Part shown: positions 38,133-48,845 of the stretch, piece after piece | Numbering within the stretch: the first letter of the stretch is position 1 | How the letters are laid out: each line of letters opens with the position of its first letter | DNA from: a virus | IMG/VR virus record: IMGVR_UViG_3300047440_000809 | Coordinates: 32,001-96,000 of that record | Strand: one strand, 5' to 3' | DNA length: 64,000 bases | Translations under genes and position numbers: made by a program | Notes under the pieces: model-generated | The model's database searches: none | What the model was told of the DNA's origin: nothing | The model's input: the letters and a program-made list of their open reading frames with translations, nothing else

Positions 38133-38624
38133 ATGAGTCTTTCTCCCGGCCTCGAAGCGATGCTCAGTCAGCTCGGCCCGTATCTCAAGGGCTTCATGGA
38201 CAAGATCGAGCCGCTGCTGAACCAGCCGGTCGTTCGCGTGCCGTACTCGCTGACGCTCGCGGAGAGCACCGTGATCCCGCCGGGTCAGCAGGGCTTCGTT
38301 CTCTCGAACAACGACTTCAACAACAACCTGGAGTGGCCGATCGAGATCCACAACGTGAAGTTCTCGCAGGACGTCGCGCACAGCTTCCGCGACTGGCGCG
38401 TGAACTTCCAGGACCAGATCGTCAACCAGCCGATGCAGAAGGCGAACAGCGGCTCGATGGTCGCCGAGCTGGTCGAGGACAACACAGGCATGTGGCAGTG
38501 GCAGTACCCGTGGGTCGTGCGCCCGAAAGGCGGTGCGATTCTCATCGTCGCCACCAACCTCGACACCGTCAACCCCATCACGGTCGACCTGAGCCTCAAC
38601 GGCTACCTGATGATCCCGCGCTGA
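38133..38624 (+). CDS. Candidate second jelly-roll capsid protein
   Basis: 163 aa beta-rich; ends VDLSLNGYLMIPR, reminiscent of the 37222 C-terminus. Confidence 0.5.
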   Translation: MSLSPGLEAMLSQLGPYLKGFMDKIEPLLNQPVVRVPYSLTLAESTVIPPGQQGFVLSNNDFNNNLEWPIEIHNVKFSQDVAHSFRDWRVNFQDQIVNQPMQKANSGSMVAELVEDNTGMWQWQYPWVVRPKGGAILIVATNLDTVNPITVDLSLNGYLMIPR

Positions 38625-38637
38625 GCCTACGCTGACC

Positions 38638-39117
38638 ATGCGCAGCTTCGGCCAGATGCTCGGTCGCGGCCACGGTGGTGGCGGCGCAGACCTGGGCAAC
38701 CCGAGCCCCGGGATCATCCCCGGCGTTCGCACGACGCCCAACGTCTACGAGCCGGCGCCGAATGCGGAGCCCGTCGGTGCCGACACCGGTGCGCCGCCGC
38801 GCACGCAGTTCTTCAGCAGGCTCGTGGTACCGGCCTCGACCACCAAGGACAACGCCACGCTGCTCGTCCTGGGAACCCCCGAAAACCGCGTCGCGCTCAT
38901 CACGGCGCCGGCGGTGGGCTTCACGGTCTACATTGGCGACTCGGGTGTCTCGCCCGACAACGGCGCGCCGCTCACCCCCGGTGTCCCCTACGAGGCCATC
39001 CTGCCGGGGCTCCAGCCGCTCTACGCTGTGACGGACGCGCCTGTGTACCTTCGTGTGGGCGTGCAGGTCGCGATCGTGCTGGCGGCAGAGCGACAGCGGA
39101 AAACGGACGGCCTGTGA
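38638..39117 (+). CDS. Beta-rich candidate virion (penton/spike-like) protein
   Basis: NRVALIT...TVYIGDSGVSPDNGAPL. Confidence 0.5.
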   Translation: MRSFGQMLGRGHGGGGADLGNPSPGIIPGVRTTPNVYEPAPNAEPVGADTGAPPRTQFFSRLVVPASTTKDNATLLVLGTPENRVALITAPAVGFTVYIGDSGVSPDNGAPLTPGVPYEAILPGLQPLYAVTDAPVYLRVGVQVAIVLAAERQRKTDGL

Positions 39118-39118
39118 A

Positions 39119-39688
39119 GTGCTGCCCCTTGCGGTGGTCGCGCTCACCGGGCTCGTCATCGCCGCAGTCGGCCTGACGCACGGCCCGAACCTCAGTCACG
39201 TCGCCGCCGGTCTCGGGCTGCCGCTCCTGTACGTGCAGCAGGCGGCCAAGTGGGCGCGCCGGCGCGGGCTGCCGCTCGAATGGGTGCTGTCGACCATCCT
39301 CGTGGAGAGCGGCGGCAAGCCGAACGTGCGTGGTGACGCTGACGGCCGCTCGGTGGGGCTCATGCAGGTGAACGTCATGACGCCAGCGCACGTGCGAGAC
39401 GGCGTAACAGTCGCCTTGATGCTCGACCCGGCCAAGAACATCGAGTGGGGCACCAAGTACCTGAAGCAGTTCCGCGACGACGTACTGACGGCGCTCGGGG
39501 GGCGCAACCCGCCTATCCCCCTCGACCAGATCGTGCGTCTCGCCTACAAGGGCCCCACGACGGTGGAGGACGCGCTTAGACGTGGGCAGAACCCAGCAAA
39601 CATCTCGTGGGCACCGGAGGCGCTAGCGCGGTGGAGGAACGCTCTGGCACGCGTCAGCGCTTTGACCCGCGGCCGATTGACGGCGTAG
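39119..39688 (+). CDS. Membrane-anchored lytic transglycosylase (SLT domain)
   Basis: ILVESGG, GLMQV, NIEWGTKYL, AY; N-terminal TM. Confidence 0.85.
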   Translation: MLPLAVVALTGLVIAAVGLTHGPNLSHVAAGLGLPLLYVQQAAKWARRRGLPLEWVLSTILVESGGKPNVRGDADGRSVGLMQVNVMTPAHVRDGVTVALMLDPAKNIEWGTKYLKQFRDDVLTALGGRNPPIPLDQIVRLAYKGPTTVEDALRRGQNPANISWAPEALARWRNALARVSALTRGRLTA

Positions 39689-39697
39689 GATGAAGGC

Positions 39698-40183
39698 ATG
39701 AAGGGCATCCTCGGCTTCCTGCTCGCGGTCGGCGCGGTCGGTGGAGGCGTGTTCTTGATGCGTGGCGGGAAGCTGCCGGGGTTGTCGGGCGCACGTGGGC
39801 GCCGGCGCCGCACGCAGCTGCGGGGCGAACACGAGATAGGTGAGCTGAAGCTCTATATCGACAACGAAGGTGATCTGTACCGGCAGCAGACGACGCCGAT
39901 CATGAAGAACCTCGCCACGAAGCTGGCGAAGGGCATCTACGACCGCGCGAAGGCGGAGAAGCTGTGGATGTACCTCGTCGAGAGCGGCGCCAAGAAGTAC
40001 GAGCAAGAGTTCGGCAGCCAGTTCACCTCCGAGCGCTCCGGCGTGCCGTGGCACAAGATGTTCTCGATGGCTGACCGCAAGACCGTCGCCAAAGAGTTGA
40101 ACGACGATTTTCTCGCCGCCTGGAAGGATGGTCAGTACGACCACCTCCTCCCCAAGAAGTACGCGCGCGCGCCCGGCCGCTGA
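39698..40183 (+). CDS. N-terminal TM, LSG-polyArg linker, helical phage-type domain
   Basis: GLSGARGRRRRTQLRG then ELKLYIDNEGDLY. Confidence 0.65.
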   Translation: MKGILGFLLAVGAVGGGVFLMRGGKLPGLSGARGRRRRTQLRGEHEIGELKLYIDNEGDLYRQQTTPIMKNLATKLAKGIYDRAKAEKLWMYLVESGAKKYEQEFGSQFTSERSGVPWHKMFSMADRKTVAKELNDDFLAAWKDGQYDHLLPKKYARAPGR

Positions 40184-40222
40184 GTTTTGACCCCCAGGCA
40201 CCCTCGGGTGTAGCCTAATCCC

Positions 40223-40684
40223 ATGCTCAGCCGCCTGTACGTGGTGCAGATGCCCGAGGAGACCCCGACGACTCCCCTCGACATCTTGGTGCAGTCGGCT
40301 CCCGGATCGGTCGACGCGCCCGCGCTCCCCGGCGAGGGGAAGTATTACGAGTGGCGCGGGCGGCCACTGCGCCTCGAATCGCTAGCGGCAGACGGCGTCG
40401 CGGGCGGCTTCGTGCCGCGCCTGCGCCTCGGGTTCGAGGTGTCGATCACGGCGTACGTGGGGGCGGTATCGGCGAACCTCCCCGGCGTGCAGCTCTCGGA
40501 GTCGCTCGCGGGAGACCTCTCGTCCACGGACAGCGGCCCGTCGATCTCGATCCCGCTGCTCTCCGACCCGGGCGGCGAGCCCGCGATCCGGTTGGTGGGA
40601 AGCGCCGACACCGCGGGGCTCTTCTACCTCGTGTCGCTCCAGTGCCCCGAGGCGAAGGAAGACAACGCGCCGCGGGGGAGCTGA
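40223..40684 (+). CDS. Hypothetical (candidate virion) protein
   Basis: TAGCCT -10 just upstream of ATG. Confidence 0.55.
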   Translation: MLSRLYVVQMPEETPTTPLDILVQSAPGSVDAPALPGEGKYYEWRGRPLRLESLAADGVAGGFVPRLRLGFEVSITAYVGAVSANLPGVQLSESLAGDLSSTDSGPSISIPLLSDPGGEPAIRLVGSADTAGLFYLVSLQCPEAKEDNAPRGS

Positions 40685-40836
40685 CGCATGAAGCTCTGCT
40701 GGGCGGTCGAGCAAGTGCGTGGAGGAAGGTGGAAGCGCACCGTGCGCATGCCGACGAAGGCGTTGGCCGATACCACGGCACGGAGCCTCGAACGCAAGTG
40801 GGGTTCAACCACGCGCGTGAAGAACGTGTGCAAGCG

Positions 40837-41295
40837 ATGATCTCCCGCTCCAACCTCGGCGCCGGCCACGCGCTCGTTTACGTCGCGCCGGACGACAACC
40901 CGAACTCCGGGGGTGGGCCCATCCGCCGCGCCCCCGGCTCGAACGTCGTCTACGCACACGCCGGCAGCCGCGTGGAGCGCTCGCCGCTCCTGGTCGTGAA
41001 CGAGGCGGAGCCCGGCGCGGGCTGGCCCGAAGACCTCTCCGCCACGCGCATGTTCCTGCCCGACGGGCGCCTCGTGCCGCAGACCTCCGCCGTCGTGGAC
41101 ATGTTCCGCGGCGCCGGCGAGCCCGCCACCGTGGTCTACGCGCGGCCGCCCGTTACCGGGCTGCGAGCGCTCGTGCCGGCAATCGGCATGTTCGCGGGCG
41201 CGGCCGCCGGCTACAAGTTCTCGACGCGCCGCCCGGGGTGGGGCACGCTCGGCGGTGCAGTCGTGGGGGGCATCCTCGGGCTGATCTTCAGGTAG
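40837..41295 (+). CDS. Membrane protein
   Basis: SNLGAG N-terminus; two C-terminal Gly-rich TM helices. Confidence 0.55.
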   Translation: MISRSNLGAGHALVYVAPDDNPNSGGGPIRRAPGSNVVYAHAGSRVERSPLLVVNEAEPGAGWPEDLSATRMFLPDGRLVPQTSAVVDMFRGAGEPATVVYARPPVTGLRALVPAIGMFAGAAAGYKFSTRRPGWGTLGGAVVGGILGLIFR

Positions 41296-41308
41296 GAGCC
41301 ACGCGCCC

Positions 41309-41968
41309 GTGATCGACAAGGACGGCCGGCGCCTCATCGCGATTCGCAACGGCCTCGGCCGCACGACGACGGCGCCCGAGGACGCGCAGCTCCTAGCGCG
41401 GATGCAGACGAACCGGCAGGCGCGCGCCGTGCTCGGCGTCGTAGCGCAGTACCTGCGCCGGGGCTACGAGGTCGCGCAGACCGTGCCGTCCTTCATCTCG
41501 CCGATCGACGGGACCAAGCTGGCGGCAGAGGCGATGCGAGGCAATCTCGACTCCGATAACCGCTGGTCACAGAAGGTCTACGCCGCCATTCCGGACGACG
41601 ACGCCCCGATCAGCGACTTGAACCGCAAGAAGGTCACGATCGCCCTGACGCAGGCGCGTGGCACGCTTGCGCTCGTGAGCAGCAGCGCTGAGGACTTGAA
41701 TCGCGGCCTGTTCGGCTCGCTCTCGGATCTGCTCGCGGAGCACTTGTTGCCCTCATGGGCCCAGCCGAACCCGAAGGCCCGCGACCTCGCGCTCAAGATC
41801 GGCATCGGTGTGGCCGTGCTCGTGGGGCTTATCGTCGCCGGCAAGCTCGTACACACCATCGTCCTCGGCCGATCGACGGCGCTCGGTGAGGCCGAGGCCG
41901 CTGTGATGGCGCTCGCGAACGCACAGCGGCGAAAACACCATGCCCGGTCCGTGATCTCCGTGTCGTAG
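41309..41968 (+). CDS. Membrane protein
   Basis: NGLGR motif; TM near C-terminus. Confidence 0.6.
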   Translation: MIDKDGRRLIAIRNGLGRTTTAPEDAQLLARMQTNRQARAVLGVVAQYLRRGYEVAQTVPSFISPIDGTKLAAEAMRGNLDSDNRWSQKVYAAIPDDDAPISDLNRKKVTIALTQARGTLALVSSSAEDLNRGLFGSLSDLLAEHLLPSWAQPNPKARDLALKIGIGVAVLVGLIVAGKLVHTIVLGRSTALGEAEAAVMALANAQRRKHHARSVISVS

Positions 41969-42010
41969 GCGGTTTTGGGCCTCACACGTCCCTCGGTGTA
42001 AGATGCTGGG

Positions 42011-42187
42011 ATGCAGTCTGGCCAGCCGAAGTCGAACGTAGGAACCTGGGCCGCCGTGCTTGGTGGTGTGGCCGTGCTCGGCGGTGTCGCGGCGGCTGCG
42101 CTCGGTGCCGGCGGCAGGAAGCCCGCACCGAAGTTCGGCGGAGCGCGCCGCCCCATCGCGAAGAAGCCGTGCGGCTGTGGCCGGTGA
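42011..42187 (+). CDS. Small membrane protein ending PCGCGR (not in ORF track)
   Basis: TAAGAT -10 six nt upstream; TM then KFGGARR. Confidence 0.5.
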   Translation: MQSGQPKSNVGTWAAVLGGVAVLGGVAAAALGAGGRKPAPKFGGARRPIAKKPCGCGR

Positions 42188-42192
42188 CGTGA

Positions 42193-44277
42193 ATGGGCGA
42201 CGGACCACTGCCGGGCTCCGAGGGTGGCTACGCGGGCCCTACCGTACCGGGTGGCGGTAGCGGGTCACAGGGGGCTCAGGGCACGCAAGGTGCCCAAGGC
42301 GCTCAGGGAAGCGGCGGACAAGGCGCTCAGGGCCCGCAAGGAGCTACCGGCGTCCAAGGGTCGCAGGGCGCGCAAGGATTCCAGGGCGGTGGGTTTCAAG
42401 GGGCGCAGGGCGCCACCGGCGTGCAGGGGTTCCAAGGTGCCCAGGGCTTCCAGGGCGGGGGCTTCCAAGGCGCGCAGGGCTCCACGGGCACGCAAGGTCC
42501 CGGTGGTGGCGCACAGGGCGCGCAGGGTGCGACCGGCACGCAAGGGTTCCAAGGCGCGCAGGGGTTCCAGGGTGGTGGTTTTCAGGGGGCGCAGGGCTTC
42601 CAGGGCGCTGACGGCACGCAGGGGTTCCAAGGCGCGACTGGTGCGGGTGCTCAGGGAGCGCAAGGCGCACAGGGAGCGGACGGCACTGCGGGTGCTCAGG
42701 GAGCACAAGGTGCAGCGGGTGTCGACGGTGCTCAAGGTGCCCAGGGCGCGACGGGAAACACCGGCGCCACCGGCGCGACGGGCGCGCAAGGATTCCAGGG
42801 TGCCACCGGAACGACCGGGACGCAGGGGTTCCAAGGCGCAACTGGGGTAACAGGCGCACAGGGTTCGCAGGGCGCGTCGGGCGCCGACGGTGCACAAGGA
42901 GCACAAGGTGCAACCGGTGTGACGGGAGCCCAGGGTGCACAAGGCTCGACGGGCGTGACCGGTGCGCAAGGAGCCCAAGGGGCTTCCGGTGTCGACGGAG
43001 CGCAGGGTGCACAAGGAGCCACCGGTGTGACCGGCGCTCAAGGAGCCACCGGCACCACTGGCGCTCAAGGAGCGCAAGGCGCTCAAGGCGCAACGGGAGT
43101 GACTGGAGCGCAGGGCGCACAGGGCGCGACCGGCACCGGCACGCAAGGCGCACAAGGTGGAACTGGAGCGCAAGGTGGCACGGGCGCTCAGGGCTTCCAG
43201 GGTGGTTCGGGTGGAGGTGGTGCGAGCACGCTGGGATTCTTCGCGCTCGGCAACACCACGCAGAACACCTCCACGACGCTCGCCGGCAGCGCCATTTCGT
43301 TCAACGTCGCCGGCGGCGTGTCGATGGGCTTCTCGAACTCGTCCATCCAGGTCTCGTCGCCACCTGTGTCGTCGCTGTCGGGCGTGAGCGGGATCGGCTT
43401 CACCACCAACGGCAGCACGATCTCCGTCGGCGGTCCACAGGTTACTGACTTCGAGCCGGAGCCACTGCTCGCCACGACGTCATGGGCGCCGGGCGCGGGG
43501 TCCTGGTACGTCGAGCCCTTCGCGGTACCGAACGCCTTCAGCGGACAGCTCATAAACGCTGTCGCGAGCTTCGCCAACGTGGGCTCTGCCGGGATCTTCG
43601 CACCGGTCGCGTCGTCTCGAATCAACTCGGGAAGCCGATCCGCGAGCTGCATCTTCAACATGTCCGCTGCGGTGTACTCGCGTGGTGCTGGAGGCAATAG
43701 CACCCGGATCGAATCGGTGTGGTCGAACTCATTCTCGTTCGGTGGGGCGTGCTCGCTGTCTGCGGCAACGGCCGGCGCCACCACCATCACGGTCACCTAC
43801 GCCGGCACGCTGTCCTACATCACCCAGATGAACTCGGGGGGCTACACGACCACGTCGTTCTCCGAGTCGGGGTCACGTACAAGCGCCGCCTCCACGATGT
43901 CCACATCGGCCGTCACCAGCGCGCTCACCGACATCTACAACCTGCTCTCGGGCCCGACGCTCGTGCCGATCCCGTTCAACACCACGCTCAACCCCGGCAA
44001 CTACTACTTCGCCTTTGCGTTCAACACCAGCTCGACGTCAGCAGGGACCGACGGGCAGGTTCTCGCCATGTCGGCATTCGTGGGCATCAGCGCCCCGAAT
44101 CAGTTTGCGACGAGAAACCTCGGAAAGTCTGTGAGCACATCGAACCAACCGATCTTCGCGGGAGCGGGCGTGTTCTCTGTGTCATCGGCGTCCCCACCCG
44201 TGTCCATGGCCTTTGTCGATTTGCGCTCGTACGCCGCCGCGAAGGTCTACTTCAACGTGCAGGCTTCTACGATTTGA
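42193..44277 (+). CDS. Collagen-like fibre/spike protein 1
   Basis: About 300 residues of Gly-X-Y ([12 protein letters not shown]), Ser/Thr-rich C-terminal head. Confidence 0.85.
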   Translation: MGDGPLPGSEGGYAGPTVPGGGSGSQGAQGTQGAQGAQGSGGQGAQGPQGATGVQGSQGAQGFQGGGFQGAQGATGVQGFQGAQGFQGGGFQGAQGSTGTQGPGGGAQGAQGATGTQGFQGAQGFQGGGFQGAQGFQGADGTQGFQGATGAGAQGAQGAQGADGTAGAQGAQGAAGVDGAQGAQGATGNTGATGATGAQGFQGATGTTGTQGFQGATGVTGAQGSQGASGADGAQGAQGATGVTGAQGAQGSTGVTGAQGAQGASGVDGAQGAQGATGVTGAQGATGTTGAQGAQGAQGATGVTGAQGAQGATGTGTQGAQGGTGAQGGTGAQGFQGGSGGGGASTLGFFALGNTTQNTSTTLAGSAISFNVAGGVSMGFSNSSIQVSSPPVSSLSGVSGIGFTTNGSTISVGGPQVTDFEPEPLLATTSWAPGAGSWYVEPFAVPNAFSGQLINAVASFANVGSAGIFAPVASSRINSGSRSASCIFNMSAAVYSRGAGGNSTRIESVWSNSFSFGGACSLSAATAGATTITVTYAGTLSYITQMNSGGYTTTSFSESGSRTSAASTMSTSAVTSALTDIYNLLSGPTLVPIPFNTTLNPGNYYFAFAFNTSSTSAGTDGQVLAMSAFVGISAPNQFATRNLGKSVSTSNQPIFAGAGVFSVSSASPPVSMAFVDLRSYAAAKVYFNVQASTI

Positions 44278-44288
44278 CGGACTGATCG

Positions 44289-45236
44289 GTGTCCTTCGTC
44301 GTAGTTCAGATCGTCCAGGCGAAGGTCGGTGCAACGGCATCGTCGGTGGCGGTGTCGGCTTTCGTGACGAAGGGCAACGTCCTGGTCGCCTACGCGAATG
44401 GCGACAGCGTCGTATCTATCGCCTTCTCCGATTCACTGAACGGCTCCTGGGGAGCCAACTTAGATTCGTTCTCGAATCCACACGAAGGATCGTCCAACTA
44501 CATCCACGCGACTGGCAGACTTGCCGGTACGACGCTCGGAGGAGCGCTTCGACTGACGGCCACGTACGGCGCCTCCACGGGAGCCGGCTCTGTCACGCTC
44601 ATGGAGTTCGCGAACGTCGGAGCGACAGACGGGCACACGGGGCAGGCCCAGCTCAGCTTCGACGGTACTCCGACAGATGCAGTCACGTCTGGCACCGTAT
44701 CGCCCACGAAGTTTCCGTCAGTCGTCATCGCCCCCGCTGCATGCAACCAGGCAACCGAGGGCGGTGGGACCGTATCAAGAGTTGCCGGAACAGGATTCAC
44801 GCAGCAGTTCGACGGCACGGACAACCTGGGTACGCGTGTCGAGACGAAGCGGACGCTCGCCGCGGGCGCTGTGGGGGGCACGTGGACTGCATCGGGCACT
44901 GGGGCGAACAACAACGACTACGACTCATTCGTCATCGTCCTGAACGAGATTCCGACGATCACGGTGCAGCCGGCCACACAGCGCGTCCGTGAAGGACTGA
45001 CTGCGACGTTCAACATCACAGCGACGGCTGCGGCGGGCTCGCTCCACTACCAGTGGAAGCAGAACGGTTCAAACGTCGGCACGGATAGCAGCTCCTACAC
45101 GACGCCTGCCAACACGATCGCCAACAACCTCGACGCGTACACCTGCGTGGTCACCGACGACAACGGTAGCGCAACAAGCCAGACCGCATATCTGTTAGTC
45201 TACGAGGTACCCGGGATTGCCTGGGTGCGTGCATGA
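44289..45236 (+). CDS. Beta-rich surface protein with C-terminal Ig-like domain
   Basis: PTITVQP...LHYQWKQNG...YTCVVTD. Confidence 0.7.
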   Translation: MSFVVVQIVQAKVGATASSVAVSAFVTKGNVLVAYANGDSVVSIAFSDSLNGSWGANLDSFSNPHEGSSNYIHATGRLAGTTLGGALRLTATYGASTGAGSVTLMEFANVGATDGHTGQAQLSFDGTPTDAVTSGTVSPTKFPSVVIAPAACNQATEGGGTVSRVAGTGFTQQFDGTDNLGTRVETKRTLAAGAVGGTWTASGTGANNNDYDSFVIVLNEIPTITVQPATQRVREGLTATFNITATAAAGSLHYQWKQNGSNVGTDSSSYTTPANTIANNLDAYTCVVTDDNGSATSQTAYLLVYEVPGIAWVRA

Positions 45237-45964
45237 AACCCGAACTCGTCGTACAGGACTTAGGCGGTGCGCACAACGCCGACCTCGACGCCACGAGAGC
45301 GCGGCTCATTCGTGGAGGGTCGTGGAAGAACCAGCGCATCGTCGTGATCCTACCGTCGGCCGACCTCATACCGGCGCGCGTCGCGCTCTCGCACTGGAAT
45401 CTCGCGTTCCCGCCGAACAATGGCGTCGTCAGGATTCTCGCGCAGGGGATGGAGGTCGGCGACGCCTACACGCGCGCGGTCGAGGGCGTTCTGGGCGATC
45501 CGAACTTGTCCCAGTGGGAGTACATCCTCACGATCGAGCATGACAACTGCCCGCCACCCGACGGCGTCATCAAGCTCGTCGAGCGCATGGAGGAGCACCC
45601 CGAGCTGTCGTGTGTCGGCGGGCTCTACTTCACGAAGGGGCCGGGCGGCATCGCACAGATTTGGGGCGACGCGTCCGACCCGATGGTCAACTTCAGGCCA
45701 CAGCTACCGGACACGAGCGGTGGGCTGGTCGAGTGCCACGGCACGGGCATGGGCTTCAACCTGTGGCGCCTGTCGATGTTCAAGGACTCGAAGCTGCGAA
45801 GGCCGTGGTTCAAGACGCAGACGAAGGATGGCGTCGCGACGCAAGACCTGTACGCATGGAGCGACTTTAGGAAGAACGGGTACCGCTGCGCCGTCGACTG
45901 CTCCGTCAAGGTCGGCCACTTCGACTTCAAGGGGGACTTCGGGATCCCCGAGTTCATGTGGTAG
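45233..45964 (+). CDS. GT2-like glycosyltransferase
   Basis: YILTIEHD, GGLYF.K, GTGMGF.L, QDLY...GY..AVD.SVKVGH. Confidence 0.65.
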   Translation: MKPELVVQDLGGAHNADLDATRARLIRGGSWKNQRIVVILPSADLIPARVALSHWNLAFPPNNGVVRILAQGMEVGDAYTRAVEGVLGDPNLSQWEYILTIEHDNCPPPDGVIKLVERMEEHPELSCVGGLYFTKGPGGIAQIWGDASDPMVNFRPQLPDTSGGLVECHGTGMGFNLWRLSMFKDSKLRRPWFKTQTKDGVATQDLYAWSDFRKNGYRCAVDCSVKVGHFDFKGDFGIPEFMW

Positions 45965-45980
45965 GAGAGAGGAGAAGCGC

Positions 45981-46538
45981 ATGACCGCCGCGAACGTCGC
46001 ACCCCCGGCCGCTGCACTCGCCAAGCCGCTGAAGCTCGACCTCGGCTGTGGCATCAGGAAGGTGTCGCCCGACTTCACCGGCGTGGACATTCACAAGTTC
46101 GACGGCGTCGACGTGGAGTGTGATCTCGCCAAGCAGTGGCCGTGGGAGGACAACAGCGTCGAGGAGGTGCACTGCTCGCATCTGATCGAGCACCTTGGAC
46201 CCGAGGATCGCATCCACTTCGTCAACGAGCTGTATCGCGTGTTGAAGCCTGGTGGAAAGGCCAACATCGCCTGCCCGGACTACTCCTCGGGGCGTGCCTA
46301 CGGCGACCTCACGCACAAGTGGCCGCCGATCTCGTCCTTCTGGTTCTACTACCTGTCGGCCGACTGGCGTTCGACAAACGCGCCGCACAACGACAAGTAC
46401 ACCTGCAACTTCTCGGTGACCGGCGGCTACATCCTCCGCCAGGATGTCATCGTCCGGAACCAGCAGTACCAGGAGTTCGCGATCAACAACTTCAAGGACG
46501 TCTGCCAGGACATCACGGCCATCTTCACGAAGCTGTAG
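45981..46538 (+). CDS. SAM-dependent methyltransferase (class I)
   Basis: LDLGCG, WPWEDNSV, HLIEHL, LYRVLKPGG. Confidence 0.85.
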   Translation: MTAANVAPPAAALAKPLKLDLGCGIRKVSPDFTGVDIHKFDGVDVECDLAKQWPWEDNSVEEVHCSHLIEHLGPEDRIHFVNELYRVLKPGGKANIACPDYSSGRAYGDLTHKWPPISSFWFYYLSADWRSTNAPHNDKYTCNFSVTGGYILRQDVIVRNQQYQEFAINNFKDVCQDITAIFTKL

Positions 46539-46595
46539 GGGGACGATCTCGGCGGATTTGGGGGCGTCACTCCCCCCGGTGTAAGATGGCACGAC

Positions 46596-47918
46596 ATGGG
46601 TGATGGACCTCTGCCCGGCGCCGAAGGCGGTGGCTTCCTAGGACCCACCGCGGTGCCGAGCGGCGGCGCGCAGGGCACGCAGGGCCCACAGGGCGCGCAA
46701 GGTTCGAGCGGAGGCCCACAGGGGGCTCAGGGCAGGCAAGGCGCACAAGGGTCGCAGGGGGCGCAGGGCGCGCGTGGCGTCCAGGGGTCACAGGGGTCGA
46801 CGGGGGCCGGGACGCAAGGGGCTCAGGGCGACACCGGCGCGCAGGGGGCCCAGGGTGCCTCTGCCGGTAGCACGCTCGCGGCGCTCTACACGTTCGGGCT
46901 CGGCGACGTCCCCACCGTCGACAACCGGCTCGTGGGGGCCATCTCGAACATCTACTTCGACACCGACGGCCGCGTGGTCATCGAGACCAACACCGGCCAC
47001 GAGGGGAACACCGATCCATTCGTGCGGCTCATTCACGACGTCCTCGCCCAGGGCGAGCAGACCTTCAACAACCAGGAGATCCACTACCTCCCTGCCGCGG
47101 GGTTGAACGGGCTCGCGGCCACGACGCCGACGGGGTTCCGCACCGACTACGACCTCGTGGACTCGGGCGGCTCGACGTTCCACTTCGCGCACGAGCGCTA
47201 CGAGAGTGGCAACGTGGTCATGGGCAACCCGTTCACACCTGACCCGTTCCCCGTGCCATCAGGCGCGCCGTACATCGCGCACGAGGTCTACCTGCTTCAG
47301 CCCGACGGCTCGACGGAGACGCTGCACCAGTGGAATGCTCTCGGCACGTACACGCAGAACGCCTACGTGCCGAACGGCGGCGTGCCAGAGACGCTCGCTA
47401 CCATCATGACGCTCATGCACGCGAACGCGGGAGGCGGCGTGCTCCAGGTCGGCAGCGGCGTCGGATGGACCGTCAACTGGACGTCGGGGACGCTGCCCGT
47501 GCTCGGACGGCTGAACGTAATCCTCGACAACAACGGCTTCCTGACGGAGGAGGCCCATTGGCTCTTCCAGGCGCAGCGGTCCGGCGCTGGCGTCGTCGAC
47601 ATCGCACGGATGGACCCCAACCTGGGCATCGACAGCCTCCTCGGGTTGTTCACGTTCAGCAGTGACGGAACCGCCGCGAGCGCTGCCGCAGCCGGAGCCG
47701 CCAAGATGATCTACAACGACACGCGGAAGACGGCACAGCTCAGCGTCGACACCGGTGGCTATGTTGATCTCTTGACCGGATCTGCTGTCGCCAACGGCGG
47801 TGTGACAGTGACTTTCGGCGCCGCCACAGCGCCGGCAGGCAGCAGCGCAACGCCTACTCGGTGGCTCAGCGTGCCGGACGGCGCCGGTGGTACCTTCACA
47901 ATGGCCAGCTTCAGTTGA
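46596..47918 (+). CDS. Collagen-like fibre/spike protein 2
   Basis: N-terminus near-identical to 42193; short GAQ collagen; unrelated C-terminal domain. Confidence 0.8.
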   Translation: MGDGPLPGAEGGGFLGPTAVPSGGAQGTQGPQGAQGSSGGPQGAQGRQGAQGSQGAQGARGVQGSQGSTGAGTQGAQGDTGAQGAQGASAGSTLAALYTFGLGDVPTVDNRLVGAISNIYFDTDGRVVIETNTGHEGNTDPFVRLIHDVLAQGEQTFNNQEIHYLPAAGLNGLAATTPTGFRTDYDLVDSGGSTFHFAHERYESGNVVMGNPFTPDPFPVPSGAPYIAHEVYLLQPDGSTETLHQWNALGTYTQNAYVPNGGVPETLATIMTLMHANAGGGVLQVGSGVGWTVNWTSGTLPVLGRLNVILDNNGFLTEEAHWLFQAQRSGAGVVDIARMDPNLGIDSLLGLFTFSSDGTAASAAAAGAAKMIYNDTRKTAQLSVDTGGYVDLLTGSAVANGGVTVTFGAATAPAGSSATPTRWLSVPDGAGGTFTMASFS

Positions 47919-47932
47919 AAGGACTTGCCTCC

Positions 47933-48259
47933 ATGCTTCCAGGACCGACGAGCGGAATGACCGAACAGCAAGCCGAGGCGACGCTCCGCACGACTGCCGA
48001 GATGACCGAAGACGAGATCGAGTTTCGTGCCACGCACGAGAGTGACGTCGCCGTCATGAGCATGCGCCAGACGCGTGAGGTGCTGTTGCTCAAGGCCAGA
48101 GGCGCCAACAAGGACATCCCTGCGGATACGCCCGGTATGCTGACGGACGAAGAGATCGAGCTGAAGAGAGGGCACACCAAGGACTTCATCGCCCTCCGCC
48201 TGCGGGCCAATCGTGACCTCGCGAAGCTGAAGTTGAGACAGGCAGGTAAGGGCGGCTAG
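47933..48259 (+). CDS. Small protein with repeated [M/L]T[E/D]xxxE motif
   Basis: MTEQQAE / MTEDEIE / LTDEEIE. Confidence 0.5.
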   Translation: MLPGPTSGMTEQQAEATLRTTAEMTEDEIEFRATHESDVAVMSMRQTREVLLLKARGANKDIPADTPGMLTDEEIELKRGHTKDFIALRLRANRDLAKLKLRQAGKGG

Positions 48260-48540
48260 ACGCCTTCGAGCAGCTCGCGGATCGCCGCCTCGGCCAGCGC
48301 ACCCACGTGCCTGCGGATGTGACCGCGGCTCATCACCACCGTGGTGGGCGTGGCCTTGATGTTGAGGGTCGTGGCCAGCTCTTGGACGCGTTGGCCGCCC
48401 CGCGCGAGGTCGTAGACGCCGATGGGAAAGCGCCGGCGGAAGGCGGCGGCTATGCGCTGGAATCGCGGGATGTACTCCGAACAGGCGGGGCATCCCGCCT
48501 GACCGAAGACGAAGACGCCGACGGGAGCCGGGCGGGACAT
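48256..48540 (-). CDS. Thioredoxin-like protein
   Basis: GCPAC active site; IKATPT cis-Pro motif. Confidence 0.75.
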   Translation of the reverse strand: MSRPAPVGVFVFGQAGCPACSEYIPRFQRIAAAFRRRFPIGVYDLARGGQRVQELATTLNIKATPTTVVMSRGHIRRHVGALAEAAIRELLEGV

Positions 48541-48545
48541 GGGGA

Positions 48546-48845
48546 TCAGCGGCGGGGGAAGCAACGATTGCGGAATGTGTCGTCGGCGTGCTGAAGTGCC
48601 TGATCGAACTGCGTCAACGTAGCGCCGCCAGCGCGGCCGGCGCCGCCAGCGTCACGATGCGCCCAGGCGGCGCCGTTGTCCCAGCGTGCTTGCTTCAGGG
48701 CCTCGTACGCAACGGCACAGCGCCCTTCCTGCGCCGCGAGCAGCCCACTCTGTGCGCGCGCGATGCCGCTCTCGACATGACGATCTCTGCGCTGCGAGTG
48801 CGCCGCTGCGCTCGACCCGAGCCCACCGCGCCGGCGCCGCTTCAC
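48546..48845 (-). CDS. Basic protein with RRRRGGLG N-terminus
   Basis: KRRRRGGLGSS. Confidence 0.55.
   Translation of the reverse strand: MKRRRRGGLGSSAAAHSQRRDRHVESGIARAQSGLLAAQEGRCAVAYEALKQARWDNGAAWAHRDAGGAGRAGGATLTQFDQALQHADDTFRNRCFPRR

Noticed and set aside
42260-43200. DNA tandem-repeat element
   Set aside because: Explained by Gly-X-Y collagen coding with synonymous variation.
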